Assembly (NCBI RefSeq): GCF_006345805.1
Contig: NC_042998.1
Location: 64,914,001-64,978,000, forward strand
Direction of reading: 5' to 3'
DNA: 64,000 bases
Source of the DNA: Octopus sinensis
Lineage: Eukaryota
Shown here: positions 38,986 through 52,310 of the stretch, piece after piece
How the letters are laid out: every line of letters begins with the position of its first letter
Position numbering within the stretch: position 1 is the first letter of the stretch
Position numbers and translations under genes: made by a program
Notes under the pieces: model-generated
Told to the model about the DNA's origin: nothing
Databases searched by the model: none
What the model saw: only the letters and a program-made list of their open reading frames with translations

Positions 38986-39295
38986 ATACACATGCATATA
39001 TGGGTACGGACATCAAATAAAAAAACCTTGAACACAATGAGAAACGAACACATAAAAAACAGAAAACGTAATTTTTTTCGAACAAATAAACAAACAGAGA
39101 AACAAGACATGCAACATAGTCATCTTCTCACTGTCTTGTTCTTGTTACCACTTTCACCGTCCGCAAAATATCTCAAATTATATTTAATTTGCTTTGCGGG
39201 AAGGACTGTTTCAACGGAGTCACGTATTGTCCTTACTTTCGGAACGCGGAGTAGATGAAACAGGGACAACTGTTTAAGGGGAATATTCTTTATTT
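38855..39295. mobile_element. Family E copy 2 with its distal ~180 bp inverted
   Basis: 39120-39295 is the reverse complement of ~38370-38530. Confidence 0.7.
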
Positions 39296-39647
39296 TGAAT
39301 GTAAGAATAAATATAAAATTTAAGTACTTACAGCCTATCCTCTAAGCACGTCTCCTATCCAATGTAATTATGGCAATACCTTTTGCAATAAATATAATCG
39401 CTAATCTCGTAATTATTTTCCATATTTTCAAGCTCTATTAATCTAAGAGCAAGGTGGTTATGGAAACCAAGATCTGCGGGAAGTACAAAAAAAATAATAA
39501 AACAAAAACCAAAAGTAACATTATGAATAAGATTGCAGACTCAATTGCTCGAGCATTTATTTCACACACAAGGCACATACTGACCGTGTCTCTAGGCATC
39601 TGAAGCAGTAAGATATTATAGAATATTTATGTAACGAATTTTCGATT

Positions 39648-39868
39648 AGGCGGAAGCGAGCTGGCAGATACATTATCACGCCGAGCGAAATGCTTAGCAT
39701 TATTTCATATGTCTTTATGTTCTGAGTTCAAATCCCGCCGGGCTCGGCTGTGCCTTTCATCATTTCGGGGTCGATAAATTAAGTACCAGTTGCGAACTGA
39801 AACAATCTAATCGACTGTTCCCATGCCCTAAAATGTTGGGCCTTGTAGTTTGAGTAGAAATGAATATT
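39648..39868 (+). mobile_element. SINE family A monomer
   Basis: AGGCGGAAGCGAGCTGGCAGATAC..TTCTGAGTTCAAATCCCGCC..GTCGATAAATTAAGTACCAG..GAGTAGAAATGAATA. Confidence 0.88.
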
Positions 39869-40299
39869 TGCAAGGTATATTAATTTGAGAACATGGTAGC
39901 CACGAGGTAAAAAAAAACGAGATAAAAAGTAACAAAAAACAAAACAAAACAAAACAAAATGAATAAGATTGCAGACTCAGTGACTCGAGGAGTTATTTCA
40001 CACACATGGCGCATACTGAATGTGGGTGTAAGCATCTGAATCAGTAAGATATGACAGAATATTTATGTACGAATGATGAAATAGGCAGAAAATACATTCT
40101 TTGAAAACATTATCATCCTACATAAGCGTTGGTGTGTATTTGTGTGTCTTGCAGAATTTGTTTCATGACTTTTAATAAACAAAGCTAGAAATTTATTTTC
40201 GTAGATTCAAAATATCCATTGCTATTTCTAGCAGGTCAATATAGAAAGCCTATAACACTTACTATTGTGTGATGTAACACTTTGAGTGGTTTGGTACTA

Positions 40300-40350
40300 T
40301 TATCATTATTATTATTATTCAGGTCACTACCTGGAATCGAACTCGGAATT
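40300..40350 (-). mobile_element. SINE family C 3' fragment
   Basis: Matches 21190-21240. Confidence 0.7.
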
Positions 40351-40858
40351 GGTGCTTGAAATTGAGTGGTGTGTATTAAATCATTTCAACATATTTGCAT
40401 ATTAATATAACTTATACGCCTTCGGTAGATCCAAAATTTAGTCTTTACAGTATTTTGTTTTTTACAAACGAAAGAAAATATGAATTCAAACTGCAGTTAT
40501 CAACTGAACAATTTAAAAGCAGTTAAGGAATATTATCACGTCGTCGTTTATCCCACCGAATCCCAGAACAGGCATTAAAAAGAATGTGACTACAATGAAT
40601 AGTAGAAGCATTTCAATGAGAACATATTATAGAAAGATAAAATGATAATTCACGTAGGAAAATAAATGGCCCAAATGAACCATGACAAATATAATGAAGG
40701 AATCCGATAAAATATAAACAGAAAGAATGAATACTAAATTTTCCTAACCCGCATGAACACACAAGCACACACACACATACAAACACATACACAAATACAC
40801 ACGCAGATACATATATGCACTATATATGTATACCTATCTATCTATCTATCTATATATT

Positions 40859-40933
<75 letters not shown>

Positions 40934-41039
40934 GTGTGTGTGTCTGTATCCACCTATCAATATGTCTATTTATCTCTATATGTGTGTGTATGTTTGTGTG
41001 CGTGCGTGTATGTATGAATGCATATATATATATAGACAG

Positions 41040-41170
41040 TTGAAAGTTACAGAAAAACAAAAGACTAAAACAGGTGTATGAACAATAAGCAGGTGTATTA
41101 ATTTGATACCAGAGAAAATGAGAAAGTCCTTTAACGCTTCGAGCTTCGCCCTTCAACAGAAAGGAATGAC
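41040..41170 (-). mobile_element. Family P1 repeat
   Basis: Reverse complement CCTTT-CTGTTGA-A-GGGC-GAA-GCTC-GAAG-CGTT-AAAGG. Confidence 0.7.
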
Positions 41171-41404
41171 AAAATAAAAAGAGAGATAGAGAGAATAAAC
41201 AAAAAAGAATGTGGATAGAGCGTTCAAGCATGGCGATTGGTTGGGCAAAAAATAAAAAGTTTGACAGGAGAGGTAGAAAGAAAGGCAGATAATAAAGTAT
41301 TCGTGATCCCAAAACAAAGGTGCGCGCGGGTTGGTGTATGTGAGAAAGCGTAAGTGTATGTGTATGGATATGGGGCTAGTGATTTAATGCGTGTGGATGT
41401 GTGG

Positions 41405-41454
<50 letters not shown>

Positions 41455-41756
41455 TTGGAAATAGATGCATGGTGTGTTTTGACACCCAGGAATGTAAAAA
41501 AAAGAGAAAGGGAAAGGAAAAGGAAAAAAAGAAATACCTTTAAGATTTTGTGCATAGATTCTTCTTCTGAAATACAGAATAGAGATGGAGAATGTAGCAG
41601 GAAAGTTGCAGAAAGAGACCCGTAATTGTAGCAAACATTAATGCCACTGTGAACGAGAGGAAGTTGCTAAGAGGTCACTTAAGTCTTAAGCTTGAAGAAG
41701 AGAAAGTGAATCTGGCATGTGTGTGCGCGTGTTTTTGTGTGTGCGTGTACGTACTT

Positions 41757-42022
41757 ACGTTATTTGTTTGTTCCTTCTCGAGTCATGCCTGACTCACGAG
41801 GGCCACTTTCCCGGTTTCCTTGGCGCAAGGCTCCCCCACCTGGACGGGACGTGGTCCGTCGCTGGTGAGCTACTAGATGCAGGAGGAAAGAGTGAGAGAG
41901 AGTTGTGGCGAAAAAGTCCCGTGTAATTTGCGTGTTTCACTCATAAAAACACTCACCGTCTGAGATCCGAACCCGCGATTTCTCGACCACTAGTCCGCTG
42001 CTCTAACCACAAGGCTATGTGG
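41757..42022 (-). mobile_element. tRNA-derived SINE, family D
   Basis: Reverse-complement head TAGCCTTGTGGTTAGAGCAGCGGAC..GCGGGTTCGGATCTC (A and B boxes), a unique GC-richer body and an AAAC-rich tail. Confidence 0.7.
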
Positions 42023-42841
42023 TCTATCACATCCCCGAGGATGTCTGCTAACGTACATCTCTTTAAGTGTTATTATGATTACTGTATGCATATAGATTGG
42101 GAAGACAAATTTAAGTGATGAGATATGACGTAAGTACGTGTATGAATTGGGAAATGTAAGCAAATTTATGTATTTATGTTAATGTATGTATGTATATGAG
42201 TAACATATAGGGCTATGAGTGAAGTTTTCTGTTATTATTTGTGTGAAAGCATGCGTGTATATGCGCGCATTTTGAAAGTGATTGCGTGTATGCTGTGTTT
42301 CTTATCAAAACCAGCCGCATGTAAACTGCAGAATAAGTGACTACCAGATCAGTCAAAATAAATATATTTCATCAGCCTCCCCAACCCCCACACACAAATA
42401 CACACAACACACAACTGACAGGTCGAAAGCTGAAATAGATAAATAAATAAATAAATGAACGCATGTTCTAAGTAGCCTCTTGCAATATTTTTTGTATTGA
42501 GGCATGTGTCTCTGATATACAAGGATCTGTTGCACGTATATGTGTATAGAAAATATGTTTGTTATCATTAGATGGATTAAGACGAAAGAAAAAATATCTC
42601 ATATAATTGCAACTAGGGGACATAATAACAATAACGCAGATCTTATGTGAGATGCTGCATGCTTTTTATGAATAGCTTACATACAACTCAGAAATTCCCT
42701 TCCAAATAATCTGTTCACCGAAAAATTCTTGAAGAAGCGCAATGGTGATTCACAGAGTAGATAACATTCATTGCGGCTAGAATTTTGAACACTCTGCGCT
42801 TATATGTGTTTTAGAGTGTGAAAAAATTATGTATAACATAA

Positions 42842-42997
42842 CATAGGCGTAGACATGGCTCTCTGGTAAGAACCTTGCTTGCAAACCACATGGTTCCGAG
42901 GTCAGTCCTACTGCGCAGCACCTTGAGCGAGTGGTTTCTACTATAGCCTCAGGCTGACCAAAGATTTGTGAGTGGATTTAGTGTACATATATTCATG

Positions 42998-43033
<36 letters not shown>

Positions 43034-43086
43034 ATATATATTTATGTATATGTGTATGTATGTATGTATATTTATATAAATATATG

Positions 43087-43118
<32 letters not shown>

Positions 43119-43355
43119 ATATATATATATACACACATATGTTTATGTTTGTGTGTCTGTATTTGTCCCTCCACCCTCGCTTGACAGCAGATGGTGTGTT
43201 TACGTCCACGTAACTTGGCATTTCGGCAAAAGAGACGGATATAACAATTAGTAGGCTTACAAAGAATATGTTATGGCGTCGATTCGTTCGACTAACAGCT
43301 GTGCTCCATCATGGGCGCAATCAAATAGCTGAAACAAATATGAGAGTAAAAGAGT
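42842..43355 (+). mobile_element. SINE family B (diverged, expanded internal AT tract)
   Basis: ATAGGCGTAGACATGGCTCTCTGGTAAG..CACCTTGAGCGAGTG..GCTGAAACAAATATGAGAGTAAAAGAG. Confidence 0.85.
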
Positions 43356-43479
43356 AACATACACAAGCACGCACATATGTTTATAGTCATGTAGCTAGGA
43401 ATTTATGCTTAATACTATTCATCTCCGCAAGAAAACCACGTGATATCAATGGGAGAGAAAATACTAGCAATATTCTTTT

Positions 43480-43790
43480 CTATAAGGACCGAAATTTTTT
43501 TGTGTGGGTGGGGGGAGGCAGTCGATTAGATCGACCCCTGCACGAAACTGGAATTTAAATTATCGACTCCGAAAAGATGAAAGGCAAAGTCGACCTCGGC
43601 GGAATTTCAATTCAGAACGTAACGGCAGACGAAATACCCATTTCTTTACTATCCACAAGGGACTAAACACAGAGAGGACAAACAAGGACAGACAAACGGA
43701 TTAATTCGGTAATATCGAAGGAACCACGCAGTGGGACTTGAACGCGGAATCATGTGTTTAGGGAGCTTCTCACCACACAGCTACGCGCGT
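43480..43790 (-). mobile_element. 3' part of dimeric SINE A plus an adjacent SINE B head fragment
   Basis: Linker TTTGTCTGTCCTTGTTTGTCCTCTCTGTGTTTAG plus second core (43480-43712); ACCACGCAGTGGGACTTGAAC..CTCACCACACAGC (43722-43785). Confidence 0.8.
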
Positions 43791-43819
43791 ATGTGTGTGT
43801 GTGTGTGTGTGTGCGTAAT

Positions 43820-44232
43820 CCTAATATTGTATTCTTTTCTACTCTAGGCACAAGGCCGGCAATCCTGGAGGATGGAGCCAGTTGATTAGATCAACACCAG
43901 TTCACCACTGGTACTTAATTTATCGACGTGAAAATTTGAAAGGCAAAGTCGACCTCTTCGGAATTTGAACTCAGAACGTAATGACAGATGAAATACGTAT
44001 TTCTTTACTACCCACAAGGGGCTAAACACAGAGATGAGAGACAAGGACAGATTACCGGATTAAGTCGATTATATCGACTCCATTGTGTAAACTGGTACTT
44101 AATTTATCGACACCGAAAGGATGAAAGGCAGAGTCAACTTCGGCGGAAATTGAACTCAGAACGTAACGGCAGACGATATACGGCTACGCCTTTCGTCCGG
44201 TGTGCTAACGTTTCTGCCAGTTCGCCGCCTTA
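43820..44232 (-). mobile_element. Full-length dimeric SINE A (~410 bp)
   Basis: tRNA head, core, linker, a second headless core, then the same tail as the monomers. Confidence 0.9.
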
Positions 44233-45004
44233 TGTGTAATCTAAATATTAAGAAGACAAAGAAACTATTTAACAAATCTTTAATGATCGAAACGAAAGAA
44301 AAACAAATTGTGTAATTTCGACTGGGGGAAATCATAACGCCAACGTAGATCGCACCAATGCCTCTTGCTACGCCAAGTAATGCAAAGATTCAAATTGAAC
44401 ATTTACGTAATCTTTTCATTTTTAAACATTAGAGTGCTACTTAATCAGGCTTGCATCAAAGGTGCTCCTTTAAATTGTGTCTCTTCCAGACATTGTGTTT
44501 TGTTCTTGGGTGGTGGGGCTTATATCGGGAGAAAAATAAGTAAATTAAAATACGCGTAGACTTTGAATAATTAATCCGTTTATCTGTCCTTGTGTGTACT
44601 TGTGCCATGCAGCTTGCCCGAGGGCACTTATACATCCATATCTATTAACGGTTATTTTAAATACTTTCCTTAAGTGGATTAAGTGTTCGTTTCTCTTTTA
44701 GTCTTCTGTAATTTTATTTTTGGATCTTCTATATATATGAAGAACTTTCCTCCGTCTGGCTGTTTTTCACTCTACAAGACGTAAAGTTGCATTATGGAAC
44801 AGTCACTTTAACGAGTTTTTAAAAAAAATTATTTATCAGCCGACGAGATACGTCTGCGGCAGCGTATACTCCTGAACCAGTTTTGGGGTGTCCCCTACGA
44901 AGAGTCAATGGTAGATGTGTCGAAACAATTGTTGTGATTAAAAATATATTCTCGTATATTCCATCTTCTGTCTTTCATTTGTTTTATATATATATATATA
45001 TATA

Positions 45005-45215
45005 TATTTACGGAGATGTACTCGCATAGCAAGTAATTTGATCTGAGATCGTGTGCTGAAACGAAAACAATTGCAGCGTGGAAGGTGTTTATAAGCCATT
45101 TAAGAAACACACAAAAGCCGTTCGATTCACTTCAACATTTAAGTTTAATTTGTAAAAATATTTCGTCGCTAAAATCCGCGACCTGTTCACTGACAAAGTC
45201 CGTGCTGCATCTCCG
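45005..45215 (-). mobile_element. ~200-bp putative Penelope-derived repeat between two (TA)n tracts, with a G3-C8 hammerhead-like fold at 45149-45197
   Basis: Homologous to the 19300-19600 arms; reverse complement UUUGUCA-GUGAACA-G-GUCGC-GGAUUUUA-GCGAC-GAAA-UAUUU-UUACAAA. Confidence 0.6.
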
Positions 45216-45460
45216 TGCTGGTTTATATATATATATATATATATATATTAATCAAAATAAAAACATGATGCCAAGGATTCAGCGGTATATATGTTTCGGG
45301 CCTTTATTAGACGGATTTATAACAATGCATAATGTGTCTAAGGCCTTTTTCAGCCGCGCACAATTACTACCTCAAGGACATGTATTACATCAAGTGTGTG
45401 TGTGTGTGTGTAAGGTACATATATATACATACATATGTATATATACATACATACAAACAC

Positions 45461-45499
<39 letters not shown>

Positions 45500-47224
45500 T
45501 CACTGGAAACTGGTTTCGCTCAACCATAATTCATAATTCGTGTGTTCGTTCCAGCCATCATCACACAAATGCTTCTGCCTGACGTTTATTGGTTGCAACG
45601 GCTCATTTACTCTCAAATTAGTCTGAGACTGAAAATCATTAAATATTTAACTTTTACTCATTTACTCATTTGTGCTTTCAATGTTTCACTTTCTTTCTTC
45701 CCACAATTCTTTAACGTTGCTGTCATAGAAAGATTTTCGTAGACCAGCGTTGTTTGCTACGGAAAATTCGATTGGCGAACGCGGGTCAAATGAAATCTAT
45801 TATAAAGTTCCACAGGTACTCTGACGCCTCGACTGTGTATCCATTATACTTTACAGTACAGAATTGAAGAAGAATTTTAACTAAGAGTAAAAAATATCCT
45901 TGATTCAATCTATAGCAGGGCTTACTTAAAATTTTATCAACATCACATCATGAACATGGTGTCACATAATGTACAATGCATCATATCGACAAAATAATAT
46001 TAAGAAATTAATCGAAATTTTGCAGCTGCAAACCTCTTAGTTTCTACTGTGTCATCAACTATAATTATACGTTACTTCTATCAATTTCAGGAAAACAAAG
46101 AGTGCTTGAAAAAGTATCACAATATAGACATTCAAAAGGAAAAACATTCTAGGTGGCATGCATTTCATCACAATAATTGTGATAGGTATAAAATACAAGA
46201 AGAAATAAAGCTGTAGAAATGATTGATAAATCTACATTAAGTATCATATACAAAAACATACAAAGAACGAAAAATACTATAATTACTGGAAGTAACATTG
46301 AGCAAATGAACGCACATTAAATCTGGTGACAGCGTTAAACACATTAATATATTTGTCTGGTCCCCTAGGTGCAAAATATGAGAACAAAATTAAAAAGAAG
46401 AAACGAATATTGAATTCAAGTATAAGGCATTCTTGCAGAATGACAAGGCGTTGAGAATTTAATGTTCGAAACATAACACAACAAATAAAGAAGAACATAA
46501 GAAATATCGTTAATGAGAACTATTAAACTCTATGAAAGAAATGTATTTACAGTAAAATCTTTGATGGAAAATTTATTTCGCATAAACACATGTGCACAAC
46601 GAAGAGAGACAAAGATTCTAGCATCCGCAGACAAGACAATAATTTTGTTTACGGCAAATTGTTTTCTTTTATATAGTTTTACCAGTATCCATATTCATAA
46701 ATATATATTCGCATACATGATTTCAAATAAGACAAAATAGGAGAAATTCAATTAACACAGTCGAAAGAATATGTGATATGTGACTTGTGATCAATGTGAC
46801 AATCTCTGTAAGCGCAGGTTTGTATCTACGGGACATCGTTTTATGACGTTTTTATACAAATACAAATAAGACTAAAAACAACGACGGCGACAACAACAAC
46901 AACAATAACAAAAACAGCAACAGCAAATGAAACTACAATAATAATTCTAATCCCTTCTAATATAGGCTCTCATGTAGTCTGAGTGTTTAGACTATTTATA
47001 TACAGTCAAAATTGGCAATTTTCTAACACCCAGGTTCGGTTAATATACCTGATGTCGATAAGCCACAAAAATGGGGAAATATCGATATCATCGATCCTTA
47101 CGTTCAGGTGTTTCAATGGCCTCCGCTACAATGGAATCCTCCCTAAAAACATGTAAACAGCGAATCGGTGAAGAAATAGAACTTATATGTTGAGTTTGTG
47201 CGGGCGATAGTGTTTACATATGCT

Positions 47225-47258
<34 letters not shown>

Positions 47259-47988
47259 ATATTATATATATATATATATATATAAGTAGATAAATGGTAC
47301 AACAAGGCACCAATATTTACTGGAAAATAGCAATCGTAATAAATACGACGCTATTGTATAGCTTCACTGCCTATATACTAGCAAAGACGCGTGTGTATAA
47401 TATTGCTAATCACTATATATATATAGAGAGAGAACGTAACAAGGCGTAACATATGTTTCAGAAGTAAGAGATCCATTAATTATATGCACATAATATCATA
47501 ATTTCAAACCGCTACCCTCATCCGCGTGCACACATGGGACGACCTAATGACCACAATCTACGGAATACATACATACACACAGAGACAGAGACGCGGGCGC
47601 GCACACACACGTGTGCATATACAAAATAGTTTAATTAGGACAATTAATGGAATTTTTATATTTCCTCCATAAGTCACAGCAAGAGTTCCAGTTGATTTTC
47701 TAAAACGATTTAATTGTTGAAAATTTGCATTGGGAAGTAAATTATAACACGGTAAATTTACTTCAACATGATGCAAAACATATTTTCTGCACTGTGAATA
47801 TTGGTATCAGTACCAAAACTCAAAATTGATAATGATTGGTGAGAATAAATCTCTTTTATCATGCGAGAAAAAAACAATTAACGTAAGATGCTCACATGCT
47901 CAGCAGCATAAATATGTGTATGTGAGTATATGCATGCAAGTATATATGTGTGTGCATGTGCCCGAGTTTCTTTGTATGCATTTATATA

Positions 47989-48030
<42 letters not shown>

Positions 48031-48589
48031 TCATAACAGTAGGGAATATAATTCCAAACTTACCGGGAAAAATTCATTTTAGCAATTCTAAATCAGATTT
48101 CACAATATATATGTATATATTTAAGAGAAATAACCCCTACTAAGCACTTCTATAGTGAAAGACAGTATCCATACTAAATAGGAAAAACTTAAATGTACTA
48201 TAATAAATGGCATTCAAAAATCAACGCGTGTTTCGTGACTATATCTTTAAATCGATAATAAATTCGATACTATTAAAATTAATTCGATTTAAAACTATAG
48301 CCACTGTTCAGGTCTAAAATAATAAAATAAATGCTTGTATCTAACAAATAAACATATTGTAACAATAAATAATCGAATAAGATTTAACAATATTAATTGT
48401 TAAATTATTTTCGCCTCTTTTTAATGTAATTGAGACAGAGAGAAAAAAACATTCATCAGAGAGCAAACGTCAAATTCGAGTCAACGACTTTATATAACAT
48501 CACGCCTACAATCATTTGATTATATATAAATATTACCATAGCCTTTAACATATAACGAATGCATATGTAAAAAAAAAACAGAAGTTAAA

Positions 48590-48875
48590 AAACATACAGG
48601 CAACTAAAAATTGAGATATATAGAACGACCAAAGATTTCTCCAGGTCTTGTCTAACTTAACTGCACAATCTGATATCAAGTTTTGTGATATCAGAGTCCA
48701 GTTCTTATTAAGTGAGTTGTATCCAGATATATGTGGATACCTTGTCTTCTTTGAATAAATTTGTCCGAATTCCATTTAAGCGTAATGCTATTCTTTCCCT
48801 ATTTGATCTCTTTCGGGACAATGCTAAATAGGGCAGGGCCTGTTGCAGAAAACAAACTGTGTTGCAGTGTTTTTA
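48590..48875 (-). mobile_element. CR1-like LINE 3' fragment (family L-b, as 59.9-61.5 kb)
   Basis: Reverse complement CAACAGGCCCTGCCCTATTTAGCATTGTCCCG..GGATACAACTCAC..AAGTTAGACA..CCTGGA aligns to 61160-61465. Confidence 0.85.
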
Positions 48876-48984
48876 TGTGTTATGGATTGGTGAGCATTGG
48901 TAATTTGTAATTAGAGGTACTGCTCATGGGGTTGCTAAGTGGTAGTGACCTGGGTACAGGCGGTGCAGAGGAGCAGCTGGTACA

Positions 48985-49455
48985 AAGAGGGTATATCTAT
49001 ATTGGGATTATCAACAGTCAGGGCCCTAAAATTTGCTAGAAGTGAATACCTCTGGTGAAAGCAATAAGATAAATCATGTTTCTTGTTCATAGATACTGCG
49101 GTTGTTGGAGGATATTCACTTTTTCGCGGGGGCAGAGCTAGCAGTAGTGGGCACCGGTTAAATGTGGGGCGCTCTATCGAAAATAGTCCACTGGGTGTTT
49201 CGTGTCGGATGTAACAGAGTCACCAGAGAAAACGAGACGGGGAAGTATAGCTCTCTCTGTCCTAGGATCTGAACAAATACATATGCTGGGAGTATTTTAA
49301 CTTAAAGTCATTAGATGTCTTACCCGTATAGTTCCTAGTAATGCCATCGGATGGTGGAAGAGTAGCTCTCTATACTACGGCTATTGAGAGGCAGATCCTT
49401 CTATAGGGCATATGGTGTTGTTTTGGCAGTTGCAGATTGGGTCAGAGGTAGTGTG
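48985..49455 (-). pseudogene. Penelope-like GIY-YIG endonuclease relic
   Basis: CNCQNNTICPIEG..VV..NYTGKTSNDFKLKYSQH..FR..SRFLW..WTIFDRAP..C*LCPREKVNIL..SYCFHQRYSLLANF follows the PLE endonuclease consensus, with stops and frameshifts. Confidence 0.8.
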
Positions 49456-49704
49456 GGTGCATATGTACATATGACCGCTTCTATAAATGCACATATACAA
49501 CCATATACTTGCACATACCACCCCTTCCTACACCCGCTTCAACAACCTGGCTGATTTCCTGTCCACCATGCGGTTGATTTCCTGCTTGCCAGGCAGTATT
49601 TTTCAAATGACCTTTACCAATATACCAATATCAAACTACGACACCGCGTGACCGTGCATGACTAATGGCAGCCCACCTTTCGGTAATAAGAACCAACTTC
49701 TGTC

Positions 49705-49775
49705 ATTCAAATTCAAAATGACTGACGACTAGCATCACGCTTGAAACTCAAAAGTACCAACGAATTGGAACCTAA
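49705..49775. mobile_element. Right half of the 32728-32881 palindromic element
   Basis: TTCAAAATGACTGACGACTAGCATCACGCTT..AAGTACCAACGAATTGGAAC. Confidence 0.6.
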
Positions 49776-49795
49776 CTATTTTGATGCACACACAC

Positions 49796-49917
<122 letters not shown>

Positions 49918-51804
49918 TGTATATATCTTTAATCTTTTAGATGTGTCAGTCATTAGGTTGCGGTCATGCTGAGGCACGACATTGGGACATTTTTATCCGA
50001 AAGAAATCGAACGCTGCACATATCTTTTTAAAAGTCTAGTACTTATTTCAGGTATCTTTGGGCACCTTACAGTTCCCATCTGACACATCCAAGTAGAAGG
50101 TTGTGATTGGTCCGAAGCAATATCATTAGACACTTGACAAACATATAATACATCGGGACTGAAAGCGGAATCGTTTTGTTGGAAGTAAGCTTCTTATCAC
50201 ATAGCCAAATGTGTACCTATGCCTGTGTGTGCGTGTCTACGCGCGTGCACATACGGATATGAATCAACCGAGATATATGGCAGTATGTGCCCATAAATAG
50301 GTCGGTATTTGCTTTTGCTTATTAAGTAGTATTCTCATTTATATTACAAGAAAGAAGGAAATTCACATCATAAAACGTACTGAAACATTTATAAGTTACA
50401 TCGCTTGTAAAACGTTTAGCAGCGTGGACATCTGTGAAAATCCCACATTAATAGCAGAAAAGTCTAAATCGACTCACTACCACCGTTTCTTAGATAAAGT
50501 TATTGCATAAGGAAATGAAATGGAAAAAAAATAAAAGTAAAACCATCGAAGGAAATAGAAAGAAGAAAACAAGTAAAATGAATATAAATGGAAACTACCT
50601 GGCTCTCTCCGAGTGATTCTGAAGTGTACTTTTGGAAGCATTTCAGTTTTACAATTTTATTTTATTTTATTTATTTATGAAAGTGTCTCCTTCAAAATAT
50701 ATTTGGCATAAAATCAGTGAATAAATCAAAATATTCTTTTAGCTTGGATGGCTTTTCTCGAACTTGGCTGAAACCATATGTTATAGTGTGCCAAAATATG
50801 ATGGAAAAAAATAATTCAGTTAAAACTATAATAATCTTGAATAAACAAATCTACAAAAAACAAAATATTGATGCAGAGGTAAAAAAATATAGAAATATAT
50901 ATTTTGTTAAAGGATGGTGAGAATTTCAGTGAAATCGTTCTATATTCAAATGTATTTCAATATAATGGTAGGATCCTTACGGATGTTGTTACTTTATCAA
51001 ATAACAAACAATTTTTGTGGAGAAATTTCCCATTTGCTGTTCTGAAAATAATTCATGTTATTATCCTGTACAATAATATGGTACAAAAAGAAAGGAACCT
51101 CTACGTTCTCAGTTGACTTGCTAAAAATTGCAGCTGGATTCGCACACATCACACATCGCCATTTTGAAAACGAAAAACTAGACAAAATAATTATACGTCT
51201 AGTAATAAAACTTGTACGGATACATCGTAATTTGTGTACAGTTGATAATCTCGCAAATAGACATGAAGCAATCAAGTTTAAACAATAGCATGTCTAAAAA
51301 GAACAGCCAAAATAATGATGACGACATTAAAAAGGTCAAGAAAACAATTTGGTCCCCGACACTTGGGTGACATTCTACGTAACATAGACAGGGGTAAAAT
51401 AAAAGCAGGCACAAAGATTGTAAGACATATTGAGGTACAGAACAGTATAACTGAGGAAACATTAACTGCGCAGAAGCAAAGAAGGGTTGGTTGATTGTTA
51501 GGAAAGTAAATTGATGGTAACATGTTTGCTGGATTAAACAATGGCAGTACAATGATGAGAGCAACGTTACGATGAAAATAATATAATCTGCGTCACCAAA
51601 AATGATGTGGAAAAGGTTCAAAGTTAAGATTAGAAATTTAAAAAAAATAATACGAAAAAGCAGTATGATTCCACTTTGTAGTAATAAAGTCTTTGGAAGG
51701 CTTAACGTGAAATATGTGTAATATGATATATCCATCGAATGATGGTACACACGCACGCTTATTCATATAAGAAGAGTTATGTGCTCTGCGTTAGTGTATG
51801 TATG

Positions 51805-51857
<53 letters not shown>

Positions 51858-52129
51858 CTTTTGCAGAGAAGGAGACGAAGAAAATTCTTTAACATATCAT
51901 TAATTATAAGATAAAATGTGCCAAATAATTTTCTTAGTCTTATCACTGGATTATTTACACTACGCCTAAGCTATATCACGCTATTATCGTCGTGAAATTT
52001 GGATTTTCTAAATCTGAAGTAGTCTGGCTTTGGCATCGATCCCAACAGTTTTGATAGCCCAATATTCGGGTCGAGTGCTTCGCTGGAAATAACCCAACTT
52101 CACAACCAACCAAAACTTACCCTATACCA

Positions 52130-52310
52130 TATATGCACTGCGTATACCTCTCACTACCTCTCTCTCTTCTCTCTCTACGTGACCGGTGTTCGGCCAAGCC
52201 TGATCTTTCTTTCTTGCTTGGACTACCATCCGTGCAACATCTATATTCCTCCATATACCTGATATCTCCTATGTCTCTGCCGTAAGGCTTCACTTCTACA
52301 CACATCAGAT
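52130..52310 (-). pseudogene. Possible RTE-like LINE C-terminal relic
   Basis: RSEALRQR..VARMVVQARKKDQAWPNTGHVER resembles the RTE R..LR.R..W.GHV.R region. Confidence 0.3.

Noticed and set aside
51199-51756. 185-aa minus-strand ORF in non-repetitive sequence
   Set aside because: Hydrophobic F/L/I-rich composition is expected from the antisense of A-rich DNA; no motif recognised on either strand.
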